Source of the DNA: Bacilli bacterium
GTDB taxonomy: Bacteria > Bacillota_I > Bacilli_A > RF39 > UBA660
Direction of reading: 5' to 3'
Length of the DNA: 64,000 nucleotides
NCBI GenBank assembly: GCA_017404555.1
Contig: JAFRCD010000010.1
Coordinates: 8,416-72,415, forward strand
In this document: in pieces, positions 26,849 through 37,204 of the stretch
Position numbering within the stretch: position 1 is the stretch's first letter
Layout: every line of letters starts with the position of its first letter
Translations under genes and position numbers: made by a program
Notes under the pieces: model-generated
The model's database searches: none
Told to the model about the DNA's origin: nothing
The model's input: only the letters and a program-made list of their open reading frames with translations

Positions 26849-28243
26849 ATGGATTACTATGAAATACTAGGGGTATCAAAAGACGCTAGCTTTGACGAAA
26901 TAAAAGAAGCTTATTTTGCGTTGCGTAAAGATCTATCTGGTCCTGAATTAGATCTTTTAGAGATGGCTTATCGTACTTTAGCTAATGATTCTAAAAGAGC
27001 TGATTATGATATGGGAATAAACTCTCATAATAAGACAGTTAAGATTGATGATGGTGATGGTTTTAGAGAAAAACTATATCATACTATTGATTTAGATAAT
27101 CCTCATCAAGAAATACTATTGAGATTTGATGATAAACCTAATCCTAGTATAGAAGAAGAAATACATAGTATAAACACCTATAACACATTAGAAAAAGAAG
27201 CAGAAGATTTAGTTGATGAAGAAGAATTAGAAGATGATTTAGATTTCTATTTAACACCTAGAGAAATTAGTAGAGCATTAGCTTTATTAGTTAGAGGTGA
27301 TGGTGACGAATATATCGAAGGAACAAATGTTGCTAAACCAAGAGATCGTAGAGCAGATGAAACCGATGAGGAATATACAGCATTCCTAGAGAAATATTAT
27401 CAAGAACATTTCTATATTCCTGGTACTAATATTCTAAAACCAAGAGATCGTAAAGCTAATGAAACTGATGAAGAGTATAACAATTATTTAGCTAATTACT
27501 ATGCTATTATCTTTGCCAATAAACAAATACAAGAAGATGACTATGAAGAAGATTATGATGAAGAAGAGGAATTGTTAGAAGTAACTGATCGTAATAGACA
27601 CGCAAAACTAAAAAAAGTTGTTCGGGGCTTATTAATTGCGGGAGCACTTTTATTAGGAGTATTAGGTATTAAAGCCTGTACTGCTAATGATAAAGAAAGT
27701 AAAGCTCCATATGGTTCTAATACAACTGTTGATGAAGCTATTGATGATGCAGGTAATACTATGGAAGAAGACTATAGTGACTATGATGATTATGCCGAAG
27801 AGTTAGAACATAGTATTGTTAATCCAGAGATTGATGATCTCCCAGAATTAGAAGAGGTAGAGGAAGATTATTCTATTAATGTTGGTGATAAGTTCAATTT
27901 AGATGAAAGCACTCTTCTATATACTGCTAGTACTGATCAAGAAGCCAAAGGTAGAGTAAATACTAATGCTGCTGCTCTTGGGGAATATACTATTGATAAG
28001 ATAGTAGTGCTAGATAGTAATAATAATATTGTTGCTAATAGTAGCTTTGGTGAAGTAGATTTAGATAGTTATGATGATAGTTATAAGAAGATGATTCACT
28101 TTAGCCGTAATGTTACAGTAGAAGATATTGAAACTGGTCGAGTAGAGAGAAATAATGAAAAGAATTTGGGTTGGGTTTTCCTTGAGAATTTAAATGCTAA
28201 TCAAAAGATTGGTAGTGTCTTAGAGTCTGGGAAAACAAAGTAG
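26849..28243 (+). CDS. Membrane-anchored acidic protein with a degenerate (HPD-less) J-domain
   Basis: 'DYYEILGVSKDASFDEIKEAY...AYRTLANDSKRADYD' is J-domain-like, but 'DLSGPE' replaces the HPD loop. A 27-aa tandem repeat is present (27320-27502). One TM segment 'GLLIAGALLLGVLGI' is followed by a C-terminal external domain. Confidence 0.65.
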   Translation: MDYYEILGVSKDASFDEIKEAYFALRKDLSGPELDLLEMAYRTLANDSKRADYDMGINSHNKTVKIDDGDGFREKLYHTIDLDNPHQEILLRFDDKPNPSIEEEIHSINTYNTLEKEAEDLVDEEELEDDLDFYLTPREISRALALLVRGDGDEYIEGTNVAKPRDRRADETDEEYTAFLEKYYQEHFYIPGTNILKPRDRKANETDEEYNNYLANYYAIIFANKQIQEDDYEEDYDEEEELLEVTDRNRHAKLKKVVRGLLIAGALLLGVLGIKACTANDKESKAPYGSNTTVDEAIDDAGNTMEEDYSDYDDYAEELEHSIVNPEIDDLPELEEVEEDYSINVGDKFNLDESTLLYTASTDQEAKGRVNTNAAALGEYTIDKIVVLDSNNNIVANSSFGEVDLDSYDDSYKKMIHFSRNVTVEDIETGRVERNNEKNLGWVFLENLNANQKIGSVLESGKTK

Positions 28244-28252
28244 GTGATAGAT

Positions 28253-28492
28253 ATGAATTTAGAATTAGGTGAGGAAATAACACTAAATAATAAGGATAAG
28301 TACATTGTCATGGGTGTAACAACTTATGCTGATAAAAGATATGTTTTCCTAATGAATAACGATAATGATTTAGTTATTAAAATAGGAGAAGAAGTAATTG
28401 AAAATGATAAAGTCTTTGTTAAAATAGTGAAGAACAAAAAACTAATTAAAGAAATAATAGAACAGGTAGCTGGTGAAAAAATATCAGATTAA
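28253..28492 (+). CDS. Small hypothetical protein (79 aa)
   Basis: AGGTGA RBS before ATG 28253, immediately after the J-like gene. No secure family assignment; there is a faint DUF1292-like pattern. Confidence 0.45.
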   Translation: MNLELGEEITLNNKDKYIVMGVTTYADKRYVFLMNNDNDLVIKIGEEVIENDKVFVKIVKNKKLIKEIIEQVAGEKISD

Positions 28493-28551
28493 TGATATTT
28501 TTTTATTATCTGGTTTTATCTGTGGTATAATATGGTAATAGGTGAAGGAGT

Positions 28552-31368
28552 ATGGAAGATAAGATAGTTATTAAAGGAGCTAGAGAAAACAACCTTAAGA
28601 ATATTGACTTAGAGCTTCCTAAAAATAAGTTAATTGTCATGACAGGTTTATCAGGTAGTGGTAAATCTTCTTTGGCGTTTGATACTATTTATGCCGAAGG
28701 AAGAAGAAGATATGTTGAAAGCTTATCAGCCTATGCTAGACAGTTCCTAGGAGGAACAGATAAACCAAAAGTAGATAGTATAGAGGGATTATCCCCAGCA
28801 ATATCTATTGATCAAAAGACCACTAATAATAACCCTCGTTCAACAGTCGGAACTGTTACCGAAATATATGATTATCTTCGTCTTTTGTTCGCGAGAATAG
28901 GTACTGCTTATTGTCCTAATCACCATATTCCTATTAAGAGTCAATCAGTTGAAGAAATGGTTGATAAATTACTTTCTTATGAGCTTGGTACTAAGATGAT
29001 TATCCTATCCCCAATTGTTCATGGTAAAAAAGGAACCCACAAAGATTTATTTGATCAATTAAGAAAAGAGGGTTTTGCAAGAGTAAGAGTAAATGGAGAA
29101 ATTCTTGATTTAGATAGTAATATAGAACTAGAAAAGAATAAAAAAGATAATATTGATGTTGTTGTCGACCGAATTGTTATTACAGAAGATTCCCGTAGTA
29201 GATTACATGAGTCAGTAGAAACAGCATGTAAACTATCAGAAGGTAAAGTAGTAATTAGTATTTTAGGAGACAATAAAAAAGAATTGGTCTTCTCTGAAAA
29301 CTTTGCTTGTCCGCATTGTGAGTTTTCATTACCAGAAATAGAACCAAGACTATTTAGTTTTAATGCTCCATATGGTGCTTGCCCTGATTGTAAGGGATTG
29401 GGTATTAAACTAAGAATTGATAAGGATCTAGTGATACCTGATAAGAGTTTATCTTTGAAAGAAGGATGTATTAAGACTTTAGGTGATGATGGAGATAACA
29501 TTTATAATAAAAAACTAGAATGTGTTTGTAAGCATTATCATATTGATATGGATAAACCATTTGAAAAACTGACTAAGAAGGAACAAGAAATGATTCTTTA
29601 TGGTAGTGACGAAATAATTCATTTTAACTATGCAACTAGAAGTGGTAATATCATGAATAATCGAGATTACTATGAAGGAGTTATTACTAATTTAGAAAGA
29701 AGATATATGGAAACTTCTTCTAATTGGATCAGAGAATGGTTAGAGCATTATATGGTTGAATTAGAATGTGAAACTTGTCATGGAGCTCGTCTTAATAATG
29801 ATGTTTTATGTATTAAAGTAGGGGACAAGAACATTCATGAAGTAACAGAAATGTCCATTAAGGAATTAATTCCTTTCTTTGATAATTTAAAACTAACCGA
29901 AGAACAAAAAGAAATAGCAGAATTAATATTAAAGGAAATTAAAGATCGTTTGGCTTTCCTAGCTAATGTAGGACTTGAGTATTTAACTCTTTCCCGTTCA
30001 GCAGGAACTTTATCCGGCGGTGAAGCTCAAAGAATAAGACTAGCTACTCAGATAGGATCTCATCTAACAGGAGTTTTGTATGTCTTAGATGAACCAAGTA
30101 TTGGTCTTCATCAAAAAGATAATCAAAGACTAGTAGATTCACTTTTAAAGATGCGTGATTTAGGTAATACTTTAATTGTAGTTGAACACGACGAAGAGAC
30201 AATGCGAAGTGCTGATTATATAGTTGACATTGGACCAGCTGCTGGTAATGAGGGTGGCGAAGTCATGGCTAAAGGAACTCCGGCCGAAGTTATGAAAAGT
30301 AAAAAAAGTATTACTGGTGCCTATTTAAGCGGCAAAAAATGTATTGAGACTCCTAAAACAAGAAGGAAAGGAATTAAAAAGACTATTCAAATTAAAGGTG
30401 CTCAAGCTAATAACTTAAAAAATATAGATGTTACTATTCCTTTAGGAACTTTCACTTGTGTGACTGGAGTATCAGGCTCTGGTAAATCTACTCTAATTAA
30501 TGAAATTATGTGTAAGGCTATTGCTAAAGAATTATATCGATCTAAAGAAAAACCACTTGCTCATAAAAAAATAGTGGGAATAGAAAATATTGATAAGATT
30601 GTTGAGATAACCCAAAAACCAATTGGTAGAACTCCAAGATCTAATCCGGCTACTTATACAAGTGTTTTTGATGATATTAGAGAATTATATACTAACTTGA
30701 AAGAATCCAAAATGTTAGGTTATAAAAAGAATAGGTTTTCTTTCAATGTTAAAGGAGGACGTTGTGAAGCATGTTGGGGAGATGGTGTTAAAAAAATAGA
30801 GATGCACTTCTTACCAGATGTTTATGTTCCTTGCGAAGTATGTCATGGTAGTAGGTATAATAAAGAAACCCTTAAAATAAGGTATAAAGGAAAAAATATT
30901 GCTGATGTCTTAGATATGAGGGTATCAGAGGCTTTAGATTTCTTCTCTAATGTACCTAAAATAAAGAGAAAACTACAAGTTCTAAACGATGTAGGACTAG
31001 GATATATTAAACTAGGACAAAGTGCTCCAACTTTATCTGGCGGGGAAGCAGAAAGAGTAAAACTAGCTAAAGAATTACAGAAAAAAGCTACTGGAAAAAC
31101 ACTATTTGTCTTAGATGAACCAACTACAGGATTACACACTGATGACATCAAGAGATTGCTTGCAATTTTACAGAAAATAGTAGATAATAATGATACAGTA
31201 GTAGTTATAGAACATAACCTAGATGTCATTAAAAGCGCTGATTATATAATTGATTTAGGACCTGATGGTGGTGACGGTGGAGGACAGGTAATAGCTACTG
31301 GTACTCCTGAAGAAGTTGCCCAAGTAAAAGGTTCATATACAGGAGAGTTCTTAAAGAAAGTATTATAG
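28552..31368 (+). CDS. uvrA: Excinuclease ABC subunit A
   Basis: '[42 protein letters not shown]', two ABC modules and Zn-finger cysteines. Confidence 0.95.
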   Translation: MEDKIVIKGARENNLKNIDLELPKNKLIVMTGLSGSGKSSLAFDTIYAEGRRRYVESLSAYARQFLGGTDKPKVDSIEGLSPAISIDQKTTNNNPRSTVGTVTEIYDYLRLLFARIGTAYCPNHHIPIKSQSVEEMVDKLLSYELGTKMIILSPIVHGKKGTHKDLFDQLRKEGFARVRVNGEILDLDSNIELEKNKKDNIDVVVDRIVITEDSRSRLHESVETACKLSEGKVVISILGDNKKELVFSENFACPHCEFSLPEIEPRLFSFNAPYGACPDCKGLGIKLRIDKDLVIPDKSLSLKEGCIKTLGDDGDNIYNKKLECVCKHYHIDMDKPFEKLTKKEQEMILYGSDEIIHFNYATRSGNIMNNRDYYEGVITNLERRYMETSSNWIREWLEHYMVELECETCHGARLNNDVLCIKVGDKNIHEVTEMSIKELIPFFDNLKLTEEQKEIAELILKEIKDRLAFLANVGLEYLTLSRSAGTLSGGEAQRIRLATQIGSHLTGVLYVLDEPSIGLHQKDNQRLVDSLLKMRDLGNTLIVVEHDEETMRSADYIVDIGPAAGNEGGEVMAKGTPAEVMKSKKSITGAYLSGKKCIETPKTRRKGIKKTIQIKGAQANNLKNIDVTIPLGTFTCVTGVSGSGKSTLINEIMCKAIAKELYRSKEKPLAHKKIVGIENIDKIVEITQKPIGRTPRSNPATYTSVFDDIRELYTNLKESKMLGYKKNRFSFNVKGGRCEACWGDGVKKIEMHFLPDVYVPCEVCHGSRYNKETLKIRYKGKNIADVLDMRVSEALDFFSNVPKIKRKLQVLNDVGLGYIKLGQSAPTLSGGEAERVKLAKELQKKATGKTLFVLDEPTTGLHTDDIKRLLAILQKIVDNNDTVVVIEHNLDVIKSADYIIDLGPDGGDGGGQVIATGTPEEVAQVKGSYTGEFLKKVL

Positions 31369-31376
31369 GAGGATAT

Positions 31377-31823
31377 ATGAGATTAGTTGTTAAAGAAAAA
31401 AACAAAGTTAGAATAAATCGTGTTGTTGAATGGTTAATCTACATGGTGGTTTATTTCCTTATTTTTTCCTTTGTAGCGAGTCTTTTTAAGACTGTTTATA
31501 TTGATGATAGTCATTACTATATTTATTCAATTATTATAGTACTAATTATTTATATATTAAATATAACTATTAAACCAATCTTTGTTACTTTAACAATACC
31601 TATTACAGGGATGACTTTAGGCCTTTTCTATCCTTTTATTAATTATTTTATTCTAAAACTAACCGATTGGATTTTAGGACCACATTTTCAAATAAAAAGA
31701 TTTTGGATTGGGGTCTTAATGGCTCTAATGATATCATTCTTCAATTTAGTAATCGATAAAGTAATAATTGAACCAATTATAAGGAGGTTTAAAGATGGAC
31801 AAAACAGTTCTAAGCATAGGTAA
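31377..31823 (+). CDS. YvlD-like / phage-holin-4_2 family membrane protein
   Basis: 'KPIFVTLTIPITGMTLGLFYPFINYFILKLTDW' pattern and four TM segments. Confidence 0.6.
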   Translation: MRLVVKEKNKVRINRVVEWLIYMVVYFLIFSFVASLFKTVYIDDSHYYIYSIIIVLIIYILNITIKPIFVTLTIPITGMTLGLFYPFINYFILKLTDWILGPHFQIKRFWIGVLMALMISFFNLVIDKVIIEPIIRRFKDGQNSSKHR

Positions 31824-32595
31824 ATTTAATATATATTGGTATTCAATATTTATTTGCCTTGGTATTTTAGTAGCACTATTCTTCATTAGAAGAGAAGCTA
31901 AAAAACAGAAAATAGATAAAGAATTTATTGTTAATTTATCGTTCTATACCATCCTTTTTTCAATTGTAGGAGCTAGACTTTATTATTGTTTCTTTAATTG
32001 GGATTATTATGGTACTAATCTAGTTGAAATACTAAAAGTATGGAATGGGGGACTAGCTATTCATGGTGGCTTATTATTTGGAATATTAACAGTTTTAATC
32101 TATACAAAAAAGCACCAGTTACCGGTTTTAAAGATTTTAGATATTGTCGTTGTAGGAGTTATTATTGGTCAAGCTATTGGTCGTTGGGGTAACTTCTTCA
32201 ATAAAGAAGCCTTTGGAGCGGCTACTACTTTAGCTAATTTAAAGGGCATGATGTTACCACAATTTATTATTGATGGTATGAAAATAGGTGGAGTTTATTA
32301 CACACCAACTTTCTTATATGAATCAATTTGGTGTCTTTTAGGCTTTATTGTTTTACTTTGTGTAAGAAAGTTCTATGAACGTCTTCATATTGGTGATTTA
32401 ACGGCTATTTATTTCATTTGGTATGGAATAGGACGTTTCTTTATCGAAGGATTACGCCTTGATAGTTTAATGCTTGGTAATATTAAAATAGCTCAATTAG
32501 TATCTATTATATTTATCTTAGTAGGATGTATAATACTTATTAAAAATATGCTTAATAAAGACAAATTTGCTAATCTATATAACAAAACAGAGTAG
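31795..32595 (+). CDS. lgt: Prolipoprotein diacylglyceryl transferase
   Basis: 'WNGGLAIHGG' and 'GQAIGRWGNFFNKEAFG'. AGGAGG RBS. Confidence 0.9.
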   Translation: MDKTVLSIGKFNIYWYSIFICLGILVALFFIRREAKKQKIDKEFIVNLSFYTILFSIVGARLYYCFFNWDYYGTNLVEILKVWNGGLAIHGGLLFGILTVLIYTKKHQLPVLKILDIVVVGVIIGQAIGRWGNFFNKEAFGAATTLANLKGMMLPQFIIDGMKIGGVYYTPTFLYESIWCLLGFIVLLCVRKFYERLHIGDLTAIYFIWYGIGRFFIEGLRLDSLMLGNIKIAQLVSIIFILVGCIILIKNMLNKDKFANLYNKTE

Positions 32596-32603
32596 GTGGT
32601 ATA

Positions 32604-33557
32604 ATGCAAAAGAAAGTTGTTGTTTTTGGAGGAGGAACAGGTCTTTCTAGTCTGTTAAAAGGACTAAAAGAGTATCCTCTAGATATCACAGCAGTTATTA
32701 CAGTATCTGATAACGGTAGATCAACTGGTAAGTTGCGTAAGGAATTTAATGTGCCCGCAGTAGGTGATATCAGGAAGGTTATTACTTCTTTATCAACTTC
32801 ATCTGATTCTATTAAAGAAATGATGGAATATCGTTTCCATACTTCTAGTGATTTAGATGGTCACGCAGTAGGTAATTTAGTACTTACTTCCCTTTTAGAC
32901 ATTACTGGTAGTTTAAAAGACGCAATTGCGTCTTTATGTGAACTTTTCAATGTGAGGCATACAGTCTTACCTATTTCTGAAGACTCTGATTTAACTCTAA
33001 TGGCCAAATTTCCTAATGGGGAAATAGTCGAAGGAGAAGAAAACATCTCGGAAAAAGGAGAAGTAATTGAAAAGATTTTTTATAAAGAAGAACCAAATGT
33101 TTTAAAAGAAGTTATTGATGCTATTAATGAAGCTGATTTAATTATTTTTAGTATGGGTAGTCTATATACTTCAATCCTACCTAATATTATTTGTAAGGAT
33201 GTAGAAAAAGCTTTAAATAATTCTAAAGCGCCTATTATGTATGTTTGTAATGCCATGACTCAACCAGGCGAAACTGATAAGTTTAAGGTTTCTGATCATG
33301 TTAAACTACTTAATAGTTACTTAGATAAGAGAAAAATTGATATTGTTATCGCTAGTAACACTAAAATAAGTAAAAAGATTGCTAAAAAGTATGAAACAGA
33401 AGAACAAAAAGATGCTGTTCTTGTAGATCATAAAAACCTTGATAATATGGATGTTAAACTTATTGAATCAGACTTATTAATAGTAGAAAACAATGTTTTA
33501 AGACATGATGGTTTTAAAATAGGATCCATAGTAGTTTCTTATTTAATAGGAGATTAA
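32604..33557 (+). CDS. yvcK: YvcK/GlmR-family gluconeogenesis factor (CofD-like)
   Basis: 'VVVFGGGTGLSSLLKGLK' and 'GDIRK', located upstream of whiA. Confidence 0.85.
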   Translation: MQKKVVVFGGGTGLSSLLKGLKEYPLDITAVITVSDNGRSTGKLRKEFNVPAVGDIRKVITSLSTSSDSIKEMMEYRFHTSSDLDGHAVGNLVLTSLLDITGSLKDAIASLCELFNVRHTVLPISEDSDLTLMAKFPNGEIVEGEENISEKGEVIEKIFYKEEPNVLKEVIDAINEADLIIFSMGSLYTSILPNIICKDVEKALNNSKAPIMYVCNAMTQPGETDKFKVSDHVKLLNSYLDKRKIDIVIASNTKISKKIAKKYETEEQKDAVLVDHKNLDNMDVKLIESDLLIVENNVLRHDGFKIGSIVVSYLIGD

Positions 33558-33558
33558 T

Positions 33559-34464
33559 ATGTCATATACAGTTAAAGTAAAAGAAGAAATATTAAATAAA
33601 GAAGAAACAACTACTGAAAAAATAGCTAAACTGGCAGGATTTATTAAAAACAATGGCCTTCAAAAAGAAGAAGGATTAGTTTTGGCTACTGAAAACAAAC
33701 AAATTAAAGATAGAATTAAAGAAGAAATATTATCTTTAATGGATATTAATATTGTTGAAAAAGAAACAGCAGGTAATAACTTTTCTAAAAAGAGTTTATA
33801 TATGCTAGAAATAGTTGATTATGAAGTCCTATTAAAGACATTAGGATTACTAAATAGAGATGTTGTTGAAGAATATATAGTTGACTCTAATGCTGAGATT
33901 AGAGCTTATATTAGAGGAGCTTTTCTAGCAAGTGGTAGTGTTAATGATCCTAAGACTTCTAGATACCATATGGAAATAGTTGTTAACCAAAAAGAAGAAG
34001 CTGTTTTCCTACAAAAACTAATTAATATCTTTATGCTTAATGCCAAGATCTTAAATAGAGATAAAGGCTATATGATTTATTTAAAAGATGCTGAGGCAAT
34101 TAGTGATTTCTTAAAGATATTAGGTGCTAATAACGCAGTTATGTACTATGAAGATATTAGAATATATCGTGATAAAATGAATAGAACCAATAGATTAAAT
34201 AATTGTGAACAAGCTAATACTGATAAGATAGTTAATGCCGCTTTAGAAGAATTAAAGTGTATTGAAAAATTAGAAGAAAACATGGCCTTAGATCTTTTAG
34301 ATGAAAAGGTTCAGGAAGCAGCAATCTATCGTAAAAAGTATCCAGAATCTTCCCTAAAAGAGTTAAGTGAAATTATATCTTTAGAAACAAATAAAAAAAT
34401 AACTAAATCTGGACTTTATCATCGCTTTCGGAAGATAAAAGATTTAGCTAATAAATTTGAGTAG
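33559..34464 (+). CDS. whiA: DNA-binding protein WhiA
   Basis: LAGLIDADG-like repeats 'RAYIRGAFLASGSVNDP' and a C-terminal HTH 'SGLYHRFRKI'. Conserved position after yvcK. Confidence 0.88.
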   Translation: MSYTVKVKEEILNKEETTTEKIAKLAGFIKNNGLQKEEGLVLATENKQIKDRIKEEILSLMDINIVEKETAGNNFSKKSLYMLEIVDYEVLLKTLGLLNRDVVEEYIVDSNAEIRAYIRGAFLASGSVNDPKTSRYHMEIVVNQKEEAVFLQKLINIFMLNAKILNRDKGYMIYLKDAEAISDFLKILGANNAVMYYEDIRIYRDKMNRTNRLNNCEQANTDKIVNAALEELKCIEKLEENMALDLLDEKVQEAAIYRKKYPESSLKELSEIISLETNKKITKSGLYHRFRKIKDLANKFE

Positions 34465-34480
34465 AAATACTCTTTTTTTT
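34459..34480 (+). terminator. Rho-independent terminator of whiA
   Basis: GAGTA/TACTC stem, GAAA loop, then T8. Confidence 0.5.
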
Positions 34481-34742
34481 AATTGCTTTTTTTATTCATA
34501 TGCTTGGTAACGCTTTCATTCACTGCTACCACGTATGCCTCTTGTAATGCCTTGATTGTTTCAGGATCTAGACCAGAGTCGTTGTTGACTATTTCAAAAG
34601 GAATAGTACCTCTTTTAATTAATTGCTTGATTGCCATATTAACAAAAGTAGACATATTAAGACCTAAGTCATTTAAAATTTCATTTGCTTTCTTTTTGTC
34701 TTTTGCATCAACATTAACATTGACGATGCTTGTCGCTGCCAT
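34479..34742 (-). CDS. RelB/DinJ-family (ribbon-helix-helix) antitoxin-like protein with no adjacent toxin
   Basis: AGAGGTGA RBS before ATG 34742. 'VNVNVDAKDKKKANEILNDLGLNMSTFVNMAIKQLIKRGTIPFE' matches the DinJ N-terminal RHH pattern. Own promoter TTGACA-17-CATAAT on the minus strand. Confidence 0.7.
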   Translation of the reverse strand: MAATSIVNVNVDAKDKKKANEILNDLGLNMSTFVNMAIKQLIKRGTIPFEIVNNDSGLDPETIKALQEAYVVAVNESVTKHMNKKSN

Positions 34743-34807
34743 TGTATCACCTCTATATACATTATGGATGCAAACTAACACATTGTCAATACAATATAAC
34801 ATGATTT

Positions 34808-35377
34808 TTAAATTATTTTATCTACCAATCCATAAGTCAGTGCCTCGTTGGCATCCATAAAGTAATCCCTTTCAGTATCCTTTTCAATCTGCTTTAAGGA
34901 AGCTTTTGTATTCTTAGAGAAGAGTTTATTTAGTTTAGTTCTTAGTTTTAAAATTCGTTCAGCCGCTATTTTAATCTCTGTTGCTTGTCCAGAGGCACCC
35001 CCTAAAGGTTGATGAATCATAACTTCGGCATTAGGTAAGATATATCTTTTACCTTTAGTACCACTAGAAAGTAGGAAGGCTGCCATTGATGCGGCAATAC
35101 CAATACAAATAGTAGAGACATCGCTTTTCACTAAGTTCATCGTATCATATATAGCTAAGCCTGCCGTAATTGCACCCCCAGGTGAGTTAATATAAATATA
35201 AATGTCATCGTGAGAAATAGAGTCTAAATATAATAGTTCTGCAATAATATTATCAGAAGTATAATCAGTTATTTCACCACTTAAAATAATAATCCTCTCT
35301 TTTAAAAGACGCGAGAAAATATCATAGCTCCGTTCCCCGTTTAATTCTTGATCAACTACCATAGGAATTAAGTTCAT
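34808..35377 (-). CDS. clpP: ATP-dependent Clp protease proteolytic subunit
   Basis: '[30 protein letters not shown]' and a catalytic Ser context 'GIAASMAAF'. GGTGA RBS before ATG 35377. Confidence 0.93.
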   Translation of the reverse strand: MNLIPMVVDQELNGERSYDIFSRLLKERIIILSGEITDYTSDNIIAELLYLDSISHDDIYIYINSPGGAITAGLAIYDTMNLVKSDVSTICIGIAASMAAFLLSSGTKGKRYILPNAEVMIHQPLGGASGQATEIKIAAERILKLRTKLNKLFSKNTKASLKQIEKDTERDYFMDANEALTYGLVDKII

Positions 35378-35477
35378 TTTCTTCACCAATAGTAGTATAT
35401 TTTAAAGAAATAAAAATATACATGTAATAAACCGCAAAATATGATATAATTAAATAAGGATAAAAGGAGGTGTGATA

Positions 35478-37127
35478 ATGAACGAAGAAATTAAAGTATA
35501 TATTAATAGTCAAGAATATACTTATCCTAAAGGCACAACACTACGTGAAATATCACAATCCTTTACTGATAACTTTAAACATCCAATTATCCTAGCTAAA
35601 GTAAATAATAGTATTAAAGAGCTAGGTAGAATTCCTGAAAACAATTCCCAAATAGAGTTTTTTGATTTAACTAATAAAGTCGCTAATAGGACTTATGTAG
35701 CGGGCTTGGTTTTTCTTATCCAATATACAGTTAAACAGTTATATGGTAAGGAAGCAGATATCATTTTGCACCATTCAATTGATAAAGGACTTTTAATTGA
35801 AACAACTTTTCCTCTAACTGAAGAAAAACTAAAAGAAATAGATACTAAAATGCATGAAATAGTTAAACAAGATCTGCCAATAAAAAAATTAGCCGTTGAT
35901 CGAGTAGAAGCTAGTAACTATTTTAAAAAAATAGGTGATTTATCAAAAGTAGGAACACTAAAGTATAATACTAATAATATAGTATCATTATATAAACTAG
36001 GCAATATTTATAATTACTTCTATACTTATATGCCAGCATCAACTAAATACTTAGATGAATTTGCTTTCACTTATATTAGTGAGAGTAGATTTGTTCTTCG
36101 TTATCCAACAGTTTATCAAAGTGATACTATCAAGGAATATGTTCATCATGAAAAACTATATAATGCCTTTGAACTATGTAATGATTTTAATCAAAAGACC
36201 AAAATAGAGAATGGCTCTGATATTAATAATATTGTTTCTCGTGGTTGGGCTGATGAAATGATTAGGCTTAATGAAGCTGTATATAATAAGATCTTAATTG
36301 ATTTAGCTATTGAAATAACTAACCATAAAGAAATAAGTATTGTCCTAATGGCTGGACCTTCTTCATCAGGTAAGACAACTGTTTCGAAAAAGTTAAAAAC
36401 ATTTATTAATGGTCAAGCTGTTAGAGTTTATTCAATTTCGATGGATGATTTCTTTAAAGAGAAAATGGATACTCCTAAAATAGATGGTAAATATGATTTT
36501 GAATCATTAGATGCTGTTGATTTAGATTTATTTAATGGAACAATGGAAAAACTACTTAACTATGAAGAAGTAGAGATGCCTACTTATAATTTCATTACTG
36601 GTAAAAAAGAATTTAAAGAAAAAATAAAACTAGAAGAAAAAGATGTCTTAATAATAGAAGGAATACATGCGTTAGACACCAAGATACTACAAAATATTCC
36701 TAAAGAGAAGAAATATAAGATATATCTTTCGCCACTTACTGAATTAAATATTGATAATCATAATAGAATATCTACTACTGATAATAGACTTTTAAGAAGA
36801 ATAGTAAGAGATAATAGAACTAGAGGATATGATGTAGAGATGAGTTTAGCGGCTTGGGATGACGTTAGAAAAGGTGAAGAAGAATATATCTTCCCATTCC
36901 AAGATGAAGCAGATTATGTTTTCAATTCTGGAGAAATATATGAAATGGGAGTCTTAAAGACGTATGTTGAGCCATTACTATATAATGTCAGTATTGATTC
37001 ACCATATTATGAAGAAGCCAAGAGATTAATTAACTTCTTAAGAGCCTTCTTACCAATACCAAGTGATGCTATCCCTAAAGATTCAGTTCTAAGGGAATTC
37101 ATCGGCGGATCTTGTTATCATGATTAA
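35478..37127 (+). CDS. TGS-domain / uridine-kinase-family nucleoside kinase fusion protein
   Basis: N-terminal TGS-like 'IKVYINSQEYTYPKGTTLREIS', P-loop 'MAGPSSSGKTT', and a PRK/Udk-like C-terminal half. Confidence 0.65.
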   Translation: MNEEIKVYINSQEYTYPKGTTLREISQSFTDNFKHPIILAKVNNSIKELGRIPENNSQIEFFDLTNKVANRTYVAGLVFLIQYTVKQLYGKEADIILHHSIDKGLLIETTFPLTEEKLKEIDTKMHEIVKQDLPIKKLAVDRVEASNYFKKIGDLSKVGTLKYNTNNIVSLYKLGNIYNYFYTYMPASTKYLDEFAFTYISESRFVLRYPTVYQSDTIKEYVHHEKLYNAFELCNDFNQKTKIENGSDINNIVSRGWADEMIRLNEAVYNKILIDLAIEITNHKEISIVLMAGPSSSGKTTVSKKLKTFINGQAVRVYSISMDDFFKEKMDTPKIDGKYDFESLDAVDLDLFNGTMEKLLNYEEVEMPTYNFITGKKEFKEKIKLEEKDVLIIEGIHALDTKILQNIPKEKKYKIYLSPLTELNIDNHNRISTTDNRLLRRIVRDNRTRGYDVEMSLAAWDDVRKGEEEYIFPFQDEADYVFNSGEIYEMGVLKTYVEPLLYNVSIDSPYYEEAKRLINFLRAFLPIPSDAIPKDSVLREFIGGSCYHD

Positions 37128-37130
37128 ATA

Positions 37131-37156
37131 AAAACAAGGAAAATCCTTGTTTTTTA
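37131..37156 (+). terminator. Rho-independent terminator
   Basis: ACAAGGA/TCCTTGT stem followed by a T-run. Confidence 0.75.
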
Positions 37157-37204
37157 TTTTAGCAACATGTATAATAACTATGTAAGGTAGGGAAGAACAA
37201 GAAG

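Noticed and set aside
35390-35471. CtsR operator (GGTCAAA direct repeat) upstream of clpP.
   Set aside because: No GGTCAAA heptads occur on either strand of the clpP upstream region.
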